A DNA stretch of 64,000 nucleotides from an uncultured Chloroflexia bacterium. GTDB lineage: Bacteria > Chloroflexota > Limnocylindria > Limnocylindrales > CSP1-4. The DNA lies in the NCBI GenBank assembly GCA_963721545.1, contig CAVRKB010000001.1:38131-102130 (forward strand), in the 5' to 3' direction. Every line of letters begins with the position of its first letter. Position 1 is the stretch's first letter. The position numbers and the translations under genes are program-made. Below the pieces are notes generated by a model. It had not been told where the DNA came from. It did no database searches and saw only the letters and a list, made by a program, of their open reading frames with translations. Below, one piece after another: positions 34,300-45,313 of this stretch.

Positions 34300-35693
34300 A
34301 TGTCGTCGGATCGTCCGCGTCCCCCGAGCGTGGCGAGGCTGCTCGCGGCGGCCCGGCCGCACGTCGCGGCCGAGACCGATCCTGACGCCCTGACCGCGGT
34401 CGCGCGCGAGGTCGTGGCCGACGAACGGTCCCGGCTCGCGGCCGGCGAGCCGTCGGCGACGATCGAGCGCCTGGCCGACGACGTGCGTGCCCGGCTCGCG
34501 GCGTTCACCGACCCCGCGGGGAGCGGCCTGGTCACGGTCCTCAATGCGACGGGCGTCATCCTCCACACCAATCTCGGGCGCGCGCCGTGGGCGGCCGAGG
34601 CGATCGCCGCGGCCCAGGCTGCCGCGGCCGGCTATTCGCTGCTCGAGTTCGATCGCGAAGCCGGGCGTCGCGGGCCGCGCTTTCGGGCCGCGGAACGCCA
34701 TCTCGTCGCGCTGACCGGGGCCGACGACGCACTGGTCACGATCAACAACGCCGCGGCCCTCGCGCTGGCGGTCGGGCTGGCCGGCCGCCGGGGCGTGGCC
34801 GTTTCGCGCGGGGAGCTGGTCGAGATCGGTGGCGGCGTGCGCATCCCGGAGATCGTCCGGCGCGCCGGCGCGCGACTGGTCGAGGTCGGCACCACGAACC
34901 GGACCCGCGCCGCCGACTTCGACGCCCCGCTGGCGGACGGGCAGGCCGTCATGGTCCTGCGCGTCCACCCGTCGAACTTCGCCCAGACCGGGTTCGTCGA
35001 GGCGCCCGATCCGGTCGAGGTCGCGCGCGTCGCGCGCGAGCACGGGGCGATCGTCGTCGACGACCTCGGCAGCGGCGCGCTGCTCGACACCGCGCGGTAC
35101 GGCCTGGCCCACGAGCCGACACCGGCGGAACGGCTGGCTGCCGGGGCGGATCTCGTGACGTTCAGCGGCGACAAGCTCGTCGGGCGGGCCGCAGGCGGGG
35201 CTGCTCGTCGGTCGGGCGGAGCTGATCGCCCGGATCCGGCGCGACCCGCTGGCCCGCGCGGTGCGCCCGGACAAGACGATCCTCGCCGCGCTGGCGGCCA
35301 CGCTGGGCCTCTACCGGGCGGGGCTGGCGACGACCCGGATCCCCGTCTGGCGGATGCTCGCGGCGTCCCCGGACGAGCTGCTCGTGCGTGCCGCCGGCGT
35401 CCTCGCGGCCCTGCCCGACGCCATCCCCGACCGCGTCGAGATCGCGTCGATGACCTCGGCGATCGGCGGTGGCTCGCTGCCCGGCGAGACGCTGCCATCC
35501 GTGGGGCTTCGCCTTGGGGGCCGGCGGGCCGGCCGCGCTGGCCGCCCGACTGCGGGCGGGCGACCCGCCGGTGGTCGGCCGGGTCGAGGACGACGCCGTG
35601 TGGCTCGACCTGCGCACGATCGATCCCGACGACGATCTGGCGCTCGCCGGCGCGCTGGCACGCGGCCTCGGCGGAACGGCATCGGGCGGATGA
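34300..35693 (+). CDS. selA: L-seryl-tRNA(Sec) selenium transferase (frameshifts near 35190 and 35520)
   Basis: [63 protein letters not shown]. Confidence 0.95.
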
Positions 35694-37530
35694 CCGTCGT
35701 CGTCGGCACGGCCGGGCACATCGACCACGGCAAGACGACGCTCCTCCGGGCGCTGACCGGGATCGACGCCGACCGGCTGCCCGAGGAGCGGCGGCGCGGG
35801 ATGACCATCGACGTCGGCTACGCCCACCTGACCCTGGCGGACGGCAGCGCGCTGGACTTCGTGGACGTCCCAGGGCACGACCGGCTGGTCGGCAACATGC
35901 TCGTCGGTGCCGGCGAGATCGACGCCGCGATGCTCGTGGTGGCCGCGGACGACGGCCCACGCGCGCAGACGATCGAGCACCTCGCGCTGCTCGACGCGCT
36001 GGGGATCGAGAACGGTGTGGCCGTGGTGACCAAGACCGACGTCGCAGGCTCCGAACGGACCGCCGAGGTCGTGGCCGAGGTCCGGCGGTTGCTCGACGGG
36101 ACGTCGCTTGCCCGCGCAGCCGTCATCGCGGCCTCGTCGCTGGACGGGGAGGGGATCGACGCCGTCCGGGCGGAGCTCGAGCTGGTCCGCGACCGGGTGA
36201 GGGCAGCTCGCCCGACGGGCCGCCCCGCTCGCCCCGGGTCGCGCCTCGCGATCGACCGGGTCTTCGCGGTCAAGGGTCGCGGCGCGGTTGTGACCGGCTC
36301 GCTGCGTGGCGGGACGGTGGACCGCGGCGTGACATTGCGGGTCGTGCCGGGCGATCGGTCGGTGCGAGTGCGCGAGGTTCAGGTCCACGGCACGACGGTG
36401 GATACCGCAGGTCCGGGCCGGACGGCGCTCAACCTGGCCGCCGTCGATGCCGGCGAGCTGCATCGGGGGCTGGTCCTGACCGACGATCCGGCGGTGGTCG
36501 CGAGCGACCGGCTGCTCGTCCGCCTCGACGTCCCGCTCCCCGACCGAGTCCGAGCGAGGCTGCACCTCGGCACGGCTGCCGTGGATGCGGCGGTCGGGCG
36601 GAGCGGCCGGGATGCGCTCGACCTCGCGGACGGCACCGCCGCCGCGATCCTGCGGCTGACGGGTCCGATCGCGACCGCACCGGGCGACCGGTTCGTCCTG
36701 CGGCGCGCGAGTGGCCGCGATCCGATCGTCGGCGGGCTGGTCATCGATGCCGCTCCGGCGCGCGGCGTGTCCCGCCGGCGCCAGACCGCCGAGCGGGTCG
36801 GGCGCCTGGCCGCGGCCGTCGCAGCGGGCGACGAGACGGCGGCCGCCGCCGCTCGGCTGGACCTCCACGGGATCCTGGCGCGCGGTGACGGGACCGTCGC
36901 CCTGGCACCGGACGTCGCCGAGGCCGCCGGGCAGGGCCGCGCTCGCGGCGCGTCGCCGGCGATCCGACGCTCGCCGTCGCCCGGACCGTGGTCGCGCGGG
37001 CGCTGCGCCGGGTCGCGACCGCCGACCGCACGACCGCCGCCGCAGCCGCCGCGCTCGTGATCGACGGCCTCGTGGCCGACGGGCGCCTGGTCCGTGACGG
37101 CGCCGCGCTCAGGCTGCCCGGCGGCGACGTGGCCGACACGATCCCCGACGCGGCCCTCTCGGCGGCGATGGACCGCCTCGAGCGCGCGCTCGAGGTCGCG
37201 GCGCCGCCCGATCTCGCCGACGCGGCCCGCGCCGCGGATTGCCCGCCGGCCGGCATCCGCGAGCTCGAACGCAGCGGACGGATCGTCGTGCTCGAGCCGG
37301 GCCTCGCCTACGCCGCGTCGACGTACCGGACGATCGAGGCGACCGCGCTGGCACTTGCCGGCGCCGCGCCGCTCACCCCGGCTGCGCTGCGCGACGCGAC
37401 CGGCACCAGCCGCAAGTACGTGATGGCGATCCTCACCGACCTCGATCGGCGCGGGATCCTGCGGCGAACCCCCGACGGACACGTGCCGGGTCCACGGGCG
37501 GCCACCGTGGCCGGTCCGTCCGCCCGATGA
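35690..37530 (+). CDS. selB: Selenocysteine-specific elongation factor (frameshift near 36950)
   Basis: [49 protein letters not shown]; C-terminal winged helix [14 protein letters not shown]. Confidence 0.95.
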
Positions 37531-38200
37531 CCGACCGGCCGGTCGGGCGCGCCACCCGAGCCAGGCGCGCCGCCGGCCGTCGGCGCGATCGTCCTCGCGG
37601 GTGGCCGTTCGGAGCGCTTCGGGCGCGACAAGCTCTCGGAGCCGATGGCGGGCCGGCCGCTGCTGTGGCACGCGATCGATGCGGTCAGGCCGCTGGCCGG
37701 CGAGGTCGTCGTGGTCGTCGCCCCGGACGCGCAGCCCGACCTGCCGGACGACGTGCTGGTCGCCCATGATTCGGTCGCGTTCGAGGGTCCGCTGGCCGGA
37801 CTGCTTGCCGGGCTGACCGCCACGCGGGCGGATGCGGTGATCGTCGTCGGAGGCGACATGCCGTCGCTCGTCGGGTCGGTCGCGCGGGCGATGCTCGCGG
37901 GCCTCGGCGACGAAGGGCTGGACGCCGTGGTCCTCGAGCACGATGGTCGACCGCGACCGTTGCCGCTCGTCGTCCGGCGCGAACCCGCCGTGACTCGCTG
38001 CGCGCCGGCTGATCGAAGGCGGCGAACGACGGCTGCGGGTGCTGACGACCACGCTGGCGACGACGGTCATCCCGGAGGCGACCTGGCGCCGGCTCGATCC
38101 GGAGGGCCGGTCCATCCGCGACGTCGACACGCCCGACGACCTGCCGATCCCAGCGCGGCTGACCGAAGCGAACCGTCGACGCCGATCGGCGGACACACGA
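37527..38200 (+). CDS. mobA: Molybdenum cofactor guanylyltransferase (frameshifts; end approximate)
   Basis: IVLAGGRSERFGRDK, GPLAGL, GGDMP, RDVDTPDDL. Confidence 0.88.
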
Positions 38201-38201
38201 A

Positions 38202-38274
38202 GACCTCCGCCGGAGGAAGCGGAGGTCGTCGCGTATTGAAGGGTGGCGAGGAGGCTGAGGGAGGATCAGCCTCC
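38202..38274 (-). terminator. Two tandem 9-bp hairpins after the small ORF; the distal one is terminator-like
   Basis: GGAGGCUGA-UCCUCCC-UCAGCCUCC and GACCUCCGC-UUCCUCCG-GCGGAGGUC followed by UUCGUGUGU. Confidence 0.6.
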
Positions 38275-38472
38275 GTAGGGATAGTTCTTGAGCGCCGGGA
38301 CGGTGGGCCCGGAGGCCTCGATCCCGAGGGTCCGGCGGAGCTCCGCAGTGGCGCTCGCGATCCGGCTGCGGATGCTGCGGCTCTCGGCCTGGCCGGCCGA
38401 CCGGCGCTGCTGGGCCTCAGACCGAAGCGACTCGAGGTGCTCGTTCACGTACATGACGGCGATGGCGTTCAC
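38266..38472 (-). CDS. Small hypothetical protein (68 aa)
   Basis: GTG start with AAAGGAGAG RBS; GC3-rich codons. Confidence 0.75.
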   Translation of the reverse strand: MNAIAVMYVNEHLESLRSEAQQRRSAGQAESRSIRSRIASATAELRRTLGIEASGPTVPALKNYPYGG

Positions 38473-38637
38473 TGGGTCTCTCCTTTCCGCTTCCCCGGAT
38501 CAGTTCCGTGGTGCATGGGCATCATCGACCCGCCCCATGCCGCCAGCCACCGACATCCGGCGCCGAATCGCATCGTCATGCGTCCATGCCGCACGAGACG
38601 CCGCGTGCCCGGACGCGGTCCGACGAGCGAGCGGCGC

Positions 38638-40309
38638 TCAGCCCTCGAGCCCGGCCGGCCTCGTGGACCGCGACGCCGTCGACGAACGTGGCCACCACCC
38701 GCGCCTCGCCGATCTCGCCGGCCGCCCGGTCGAACAGGTCACGATCGAGCACGACCAGGTCGGCCGACTTGCCGACCTCGATCGAGCCGACCTCTGCCTC
38801 GAGATGGTTGACCCACGCCGAGCCGAGCGTGAACGCCGCGAGGGCGTCCTCGAGCCCGATCCGCTCGTCGGGCAGGAACGGCGGCTTCTCGCCCGCGATG
38901 CACGTAGCTGACCCGGTTGACCGCGACCTCGATCTGGAGCAATGGGATCGGCGGTGGACACGCTCCAGTCCGAGCCCATCGCCAGCCGCGCCCCGGCACG
39001 CAGCAGCGAGCCGAACGGATAGACCCGGTCGGCGAGCTCCGGCGCGAGGAAGGGGAGGGTCAGGAGCTCGAGCTGATCCTCGAGGGCGGCCCAGTCGGCC
39101 TGGGCGTTGGCCGCCACGTCGAGCGCCCGGAAGCGCGCGACGTCGGCCGGGATCGACGAGCTGGAGGTGGGCGATGTGCGGCCGGGTGTCGCTCGGGCCG
39201 TTCGCCTGGCGCGCGACGGCGACCGCGTCGAGGGTCTCGCGAACGGCCCGGTCGCCGATGGCGTGGACGTGGGCCTGGAAGCCGAGCGCGTCGAGCCGCG
39301 CCACGTACTGCCCGAACGCCTCGGGCTCGATGATGCTCCGGCCGTGATCGCCGGTCGGCCGGCCGTCGCGGCCGAGGTACGACGAGAGCAGCGCGCCGCT
39401 GAAGTTCTCGAGGATCCCGTCGGCGAAGAACTTCACGCTGGTCGGCCGGTAGCGCGGTGCCGCGGTCCGGGCGCGGCGCTCGACGAGCTCGTCGATCTGG
39501 TCCGCGCCGCGGAGCTCGTCCCAGCCGAGCGCGCCGACGACGCGGGCCGTCAGCTCGCCGCGGCCGGCCAGCGCGACGTAGGCGCGTCTCTTCCTCCTCG
39601 GGCCGGACGTGGGCGTCCTGCCAGCTCGTGATCCCGAGTGCGTGGAGCTCGGCCTGGGCGAGCCGGAGGCCCGGTGACGAGGTCGTCGGTCGTCGTCGGC
39701 GGGAGGATCCTGACCACGAGGTCGCGGGCCGCCTCCTGGAGCGCGCCCGACGGCTCGCCGGTCGCGTCGTGCTCGATCCGGCCGTCGAGCGGGTCGGCGG
39801 TCGAGGCGTCGATCCCGGCCAGCTCGAGGGCCCGGCCGTTGACCCACGCGGCATGCCCGTCGCGGCTCTCGAGGTAGACCGGGCGATCGGGCGCGACCCG
39901 GTCGAGGTCGGTGCGGGATGGGATGCCGTCCGGGAAGTCGGTCAGCGACCAGCCGCCGCCGCGGATCCAGGCGGCGTCCGGGTTGGCCGCCGCGTACGAC
40001 GCGATCGCGTCGAGATACCGGTCGAGGCCGCGAAGCCCGGTCAGGTCGCAGCGCAGCCGCTCGACGCCCGACGAGACCGGATGGACGTGCGCATCGCCGA
40101 ACCCGGGGGTGACCGTCCGACCGCGGAGGTCGACGACCCGGGTGCGCGGCCCGGTCAGCCGGCGAACCGTCGGGTCGTCGCCGACCGCCGCGATCCGGCC
40201 TCCGGTGACGGCCACGCCGGAGGCCATGCGCCGAGCGGCATCCATCGTCGCGACCCGGCCGTTGGCCAGGATGAGGTCGGCGGCGCGATCGGGTGGCTCG
40301 GGCGGTCAC
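38638..40309 (-). CDS. Amidohydrolase_3 (YtcJ-like) family (frameshifts)
   Basis: DLRGRTVTPGFGDAHVH, DGHAAWVN, VKFFADG, HAIGDRA, IAHLQ, GSDWSV, AFTLGSAW, GSIEVGKSADLVVLDRD. Confidence 0.9.
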
Positions 40310-40406
40310 CGCCGCAGGATGACAGCCCGGCGGCACCCGGGACGCGCCACATCCCGTCCGCCGCGACGGCCGCGCCCGGCGGCCGTCCGCCGCGTAGCAT
40401 CCATGG

Positions 40407-40980
40407 GTGACCTCGGTCGACCTCCTCCATGCCGGCTACACCGGCGAGCACACGGCCAGCACCGTCGTGCTGGTCCGCGACGGCGACGCGATCATCGTTG
40501 TCGACCCGGGCATGGTCGCCCGCCGCTCGCTGATCCTCGACCCGCTGGCGGCGCTCGGCGTCGAGCCCGACGCGGTGACCCACATCTTCCTGAGCCATCA
40601 CCACCCCGATCACACCGTCAACTGCGCCCTGTTCCCGAACGCCGAGATCGTCGACTTCTGGGCGCGCTACCGCGACGACCTGTGGCTCGACCACGACGGC
40701 GACGGCTACCGGCTCGCGCCGCACAGCCAGCTGTGGCTGACGCCGGGCCACAGCGAGGAGGACGCCTCGCTCGTCGTCGAGGCGGACGACGGGGTGTACG
40801 CGATGACGCACCTGTGGTGGCACACCGACCGCACGCCGGCGGTCGATCCGTTCGCATCGGATGCCGACGCCCTGGAGCGCGGCCGGGCGAGAGTCCTGGC
40901 GGCGGCCGACATCGTCATCCCGGGGCACGGCGCCCCGTTTCGGTCCGAGGCTGACGCGGCTGACGCGCCGCACCGGGATC
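40407..40980 (+). CDS. MBL-fold metallo-hydrolase (end approximate)
   Basis: IVVDPG, FLSHHHPDH, TPGHS, IPGHG. Confidence 0.85.
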
Positions 40981-42579
40981 AGGTCAGGCGGCCGGCCCGC
41001 GGCTTCTCGGTCGCCGGCCGCGCCTCGGCGCTCACCGCGGCCCGGCTCCGCTCGCGCAGCCCGAACCACGACACCGCGGCCCCGATCGCGAGCAGCCCCG
41101 CGCAGATCACCATCGCCAGCCGGAACGAATCGATCGACGCCTGGTTCGCCGCGGCGACGAGCTCGGCGCTGGCGTCGAGCCGGCGGCGGGTTGAGCGGCT
41201 GGAAGTCGTGGCGCACCGTCGCGTCGGTCGTGTCGAGCCCGGCGTTCGCCGCCAGCGAGGCGTAGTACGAGGCGCTGATCACGATGAACACCAGGGCGCC
41301 GATGAGCGGCTGGCCGACCCGTGAGATCGAGTTGTTGATGGCCGACCCGAGGCCGGAGAAGCGCCCCGGGATCGAGCCCATCAGCGTGCTCGTGAGCGGT
41401 GCGACGACGAACGAGATCCCGACCCCGAACAGGAGCGAGTAGGGCAGCACGTCGATCAGCACGTCGGTCGGCGGGATCAGGCTCCGCGGATCGTTGAGCG
41501 ACGCCCGCCAGCTCGCCGAGTCGACCGGCAGCCGTGCGTACCACAGCAGCCCGAGCGCCATCAGCAGCGGCCCGGCGACGAGGAACCGTCGGGCGCCGAT
41601 CCGGCCGGCGAGCGTGCCGATCCGCGTGGACAGCAGGGCCAGCATGATCCCGCCCGGCAGCCCGATGATCCCGGCCGCGAGGGCCGTGTAGCCGAGGACG
41701 CCCTGCAGGATCACGGCCTGGTAGAAGAACGTGACGTACAGGCCGCCGTAGATGAAGAACGTGGCCAGGTTGACCGTCGCGAACGCCCGCACGCGGAACA
41801 GCTCGAGCGGCACGAGCGGGTTCGGGCGGCGGGCCATCAGCAGCGGGAAGGCCACCAGGCAGACGACGCCGATCCCGATCGCGACGAACGCGCCGGGATC
41901 GGCCCAGGCGTTGGCCTGCCCGCGGATGACGCCGAAGGCCAGCCCGCCGACGGCCAGCGCCGCGACGAACGCGCCGAGCCAGTCGAACCGACCGGTCGTC
42001 TCGGTGTCGCGCGACTCGTTGACATGGCGGAGCGTCGCCCAGACCGCGAACGCGAGCAGCGGCACGTTGATCAGGAACGCGAAGCGCCAGCCGATCGTGT
42101 CGACCATGGTCCCGCCGACGATCGGGCCGACGACGACCAGGCCGGACGTCGCAGCGGCCCAGATCCCGAACGCGCGCGCTCGCTGCGGCCCGTCGAACGC
42201 GTGGGTGATCAGCGCCAGCGAGCCCGGGATGAGCAGCGCTCCGGCGGCGCCCTGGGCGAGCCGGAAGACGACCAGCCATTCGAGCGTCGGCGCCAGCCCG
42301 CACAGCGCGGACGTCACGGCGAAGCCGACCAGCCCGATGGTGTAGACCTTGCGCCGTCCGTAGTGGTCGGACAGGGCGCCCGACAGGATCAGCAGCGCGG
42401 CCAGCACGGCCAGGTAGCCGCCGACGATGTAGGCCTGCCCTTCGAGCACCCCGATCAGCGTCGCCGGCAGCTCCTGGCCGATGTGCTTGAGCGCGGCGTT
42501 GACGATCGTCCCGTCGAGGAAGACCGCGCCCGACCCGATGACCGTGCAGATCAGCGTCCAGCGCTGACGGGACGTCATG
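40979..42579 (-). CDS. MFS efflux transporter (DHA2, EmrB/QacA-like)
   Basis: FLDGTIVNAAL, GALSDHYGRRK, FRLAQGAAGALLIPGSLA, F.INVP; 14-TM pattern. Confidence 0.9.
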
Positions 42580-42680
42580 GACTGTGGGGCGGACGGCAAA
42601 TCCGGAGCGCGGCGGTCATCTGCCCGGCAGTGTCGCAGCGCGCGCGGGGATTCGGGCAAGGTCCGGGTAGACTCTCCGCC

Positions 42681-43388
42681 ATGCCCGGACCCGTGGCGCT
42701 CGTCGGCGCCGGTGAATTCCTTCCCGCGATGGCCGAGTTCGACGCCGGGCTGCTCGCCGCGACGGGCCGCGCCCGGCCGCGCGTCGCGATCCTCCCGACG
42801 GCCTCGTATCCCGACGGCGAGGAGGTGTTCACTCGCTGGGCGACGATGGGCGTGTCGCACTTCGGTGAGCTCGGCGCCGAGGTCGAGCCCGTGCTGGTCC
42901 GCGATCGGGCCTCGGCCGACGATCCCGCCGCGGCCCAGGCGATCGGCGAGGCCGACCTGGTCTATCTGTCGGGCGGGAAGCCGGCCTACCTGATGCGCGT
43001 GCTCGACGGCAGCGCGGTCGGGCAGGCCCTCGCCGACGCGCACCAGCGCGGCGCGGTGCTGGCCGGCTGCTCGGCCGGGGCGATGGTCCTCGCCCGCCAT
43101 GCGTTCGACTTCCGGGTCCGCATCGCGCCGTGGCCGCTGCGCTGGCGCTTTGGCCTTGGGTTCGTGGATGCGGCCTCGGTCATCCCGCACTACGACGCCT
43201 GGCCCGAGCCGTTCTCGGCGCTGATCGCGCTCCAGGCGCCACGCGGCTCGGCGGTGCTCGGGATCGACGAGGAGACCGCGGTCGTCGGCCGCGACGGAGC
43301 CTGGCAGGTCCACGGTCGGTCGCGGGTCACGGTCTGGCGCGGTCGGCGGCGCGACCGCTATCGGGCCGGGGAGACGTTCCGGATCTGA
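42681..43388 (+). CDS. Peptidase S51 / cyanophycinase-like type 1 GAT-fold protein
   Basis: LVGAGE, ILPTAS, YLSGG, AGCSAGAM, IPHYD, GIDEETA. Confidence 0.85.
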   Translation: MPGPVALVGAGEFLPAMAEFDAGLLAATGRARPRVAILPTASYPDGEEVFTRWATMGVSHFGELGAEVEPVLVRDRASADDPAAAQAIGEADLVYLSGGKPAYLMRVLDGSAVGQALADAHQRGAVLAGCSAGAMVLARHAFDFRVRIAPWPLRWRFGLGFVDAASVIPHYDAWPEPFSALIALQAPRGSAVLGIDEETAVVGRDGAWQVHGRSRVTVWRGRRRDRYRAGETFRI

Positions 43389-43406
43389 CCGCGTCCCGTC
43401 GGCGGG

Positions 43407-43745
43407 TCAGTCCGGGCGGACCGTCCGGAAGCAGTCGGAGCAGTAGACCGGGCGGTCCATGCGCGGCTTGAACGGCACCTGCGCCTGGTTGCCGCAGGAC
43501 GAGCAGATCACGGCGAAGTACTCGCGGGCCGGCCGGTCGTCGCCGCGCTCGTAGCCGCGCGGGCCGCCGATGTCGCGGACGTCATAGCCGCCATCGCGGG
43601 TGGCGCGCCGGCTGGCACGGCAGCTCGAGCAGCGCTTCGGGTCGCTGACGAACCCTTTCTGCTGGTAGTACTCCTGATCGGCCGCGGAATGGATGAATTC
43701 CACTCCACAGTCGACGCAGTTGAGGGTTCGATCGACGTAGGTCAC
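43407..43745 (-). CDS. Zinc-ribbon / CxxC-x17-CxxC domain protein
   Basis: CVDCG.EF..SAADQEYYQQKGF..PKRCSSCR and CSSCG....VPFKPR.DRPVYCSDCF; GGAGGAG RBS. Confidence 0.9.
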   Translation of the reverse strand: MTYVDRTLNCVDCGVEFIHSAADQEYYQQKGFVSDPKRCSSCRASRRATRDGGYDVRDIGGPRGYERGDDRPAREYFAVICSSCGNQAQVPFKPRMDRPVYCSDCFRTVRPD

Positions 43746-44143
43746 TGGTGCTCCTCCGGGGCGCGTTTACGCTGTAGAGGTGCGCCTGCGGGGCGGCCGC
43801 ATCGAAAGGACGAAGGTGCGGGTCTGGCGCTGGATGGCCGGGACGCGTTCTGCGTATGACGATGTCGGGTCCCCGGCCAGGGCGCACCGGTTCAGTGCCG
43901 CGGAGAATACAACGGCTGCCGGAATCCGTCCCGCGCGGCGTCCGCTCAGGCAATTCGTGCATGGCGACCGTGACAGGGGACCTGTCACAATGGCGGGCGA
44001 ATATCGGAGTCGGCGAGCGGGGAGTCATGGGGGCGCCTCGCTCGCACCATAGCCGGGGGATCGCGCGGCGATCCGGGCCCGCACCGGCATCGCCGACCCC
44101 GAGCGGTTCGTACGGCACGTTCAGGGGAGGGCCCGCCAGCGCG

Positions 44144-45313
44144 ATGCTCAGGATCATGCATACCGCGGACGTCCACCTCGGCGCCCGGCACGACGACCTC
44201 GGGGAGCAGGCGGCCGCGCAGCGCGAGCGGCAGTTCGCCGCGTTCAAGGCGTCGATCGACCTGGCGCTCGCCGAGAAGGTCGATCTCGTGCTGATCGCCG
44301 GCGACCTGTTCGATTCCAACGTCCAGCCACGGCGCTCGGTCGAGCGCGTGGCGGCCGAGCTCAAGCGACTGGCCAATGCGCGGATCCGGACGGTCATCAT
44401 CCCGGGCACCCACGATTGCTACGACCGTGCGTCGATCTACCGCGCCTACGATCTCGTGGCGATGGCCGGCAGCGGGCTGGACGACGGCATGGTCACCGTC
44501 CTCGATCCCGACCATCCGTCCGTCCACCTGACCGCGCTCGACGCGGTCGTCCACGGCCCCGTGTTCGCCACGAAGCGCGCGCCGCACAGCCCGTTGCGTG
44601 CCCTTGGCGACGCGACCGACGCGCCGGTCGCCACCTGGCGGATCGGGATGGTCCACGGCTCGATCGCCATCCCGGGCAAGACCGAGCACGACGAGGTCGT
44701 GATCACGACCGACGAGATCGCGGCCACCGGTCTCGATTACCTCGCCCTCGGGCACTGGCATTCGACCCAGCGGGGCAAGGCCGGCGGGGTGACCTACGCC
44801 TACTCGGGCTCGCCCGAGGCCGTCGCACTCGACCAGGACCGGTCGGGCAAGGTCCTCCTCGTCGAGCTCGAGGAGCGGGCCGGCACGCGCGCCGTCACGA
44901 TCGCCGAGCACGCGGTCGGGCGCACGCGCTTCGACAAGGTCGAGGTCGACGCGGCGACGCTGGCCGGGCAGCCGGCCCTGATCGACCTCCTGGCGCCACG
45001 CGCCGACCCCGACCTCGTCCTCGACGTCCGGCTCGTCGGGGTGCGCCGCGACGACCTCGACATCCACGTCGACGAGATCGAGACCGCGCTGGCGCCGTCA
45101 TTCCTCAAGGTCCGCGTCCGCGATGCCTCCGTGCCGGCCCTGACCGAGGGTCCGTTGCCCTCGCCGGACACGATCGCCGGCGCGTTCATCCGCGACCTCG
45201 AGGGACGGATCGGCGAGCTGGAGGCGGCGGGCTCGACCACCGAGGCGGCCGAGGCCCGCGACGCGCTCCGGCTCGGGCGCCTGCTGCTCGCCGGCCAGGA
45301 AGTCTCGCTGTGA
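44144..45313 (+). CDS. SbcD/Mre11-like DNA repair exonuclease
   Basis: HTADVHLG, IAGDLFD, IPGTHD, MVHG, YLALGHWH, YSGSPE. Confidence 0.92.
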   Translation: MLRIMHTADVHLGARHDDLGEQAAAQRERQFAAFKASIDLALAEKVDLVLIAGDLFDSNVQPRRSVERVAAELKRLANARIRTVIIPGTHDCYDRASIYRAYDLVAMAGSGLDDGMVTVLDPDHPSVHLTALDAVVHGPVFATKRAPHSPLRALGDATDAPVATWRIGMVHGSIAIPGKTEHDEVVITTDEIAATGLDYLALGHWHSTQRGKAGGVTYAYSGSPEAVALDQDRSGKVLLVELEERAGTRAVTIAEHAVGRTRFDKVEVDAATLAGQPALIDLLAPRADPDLVLDVRLVGVRRDDLDIHVDEIETALAPSFLKVRVRDASVPALTEGPLPSPDTIAGAFIRDLEGRIGELEAAGSTTEAAEARDALRLGRLLLAGQEVSL

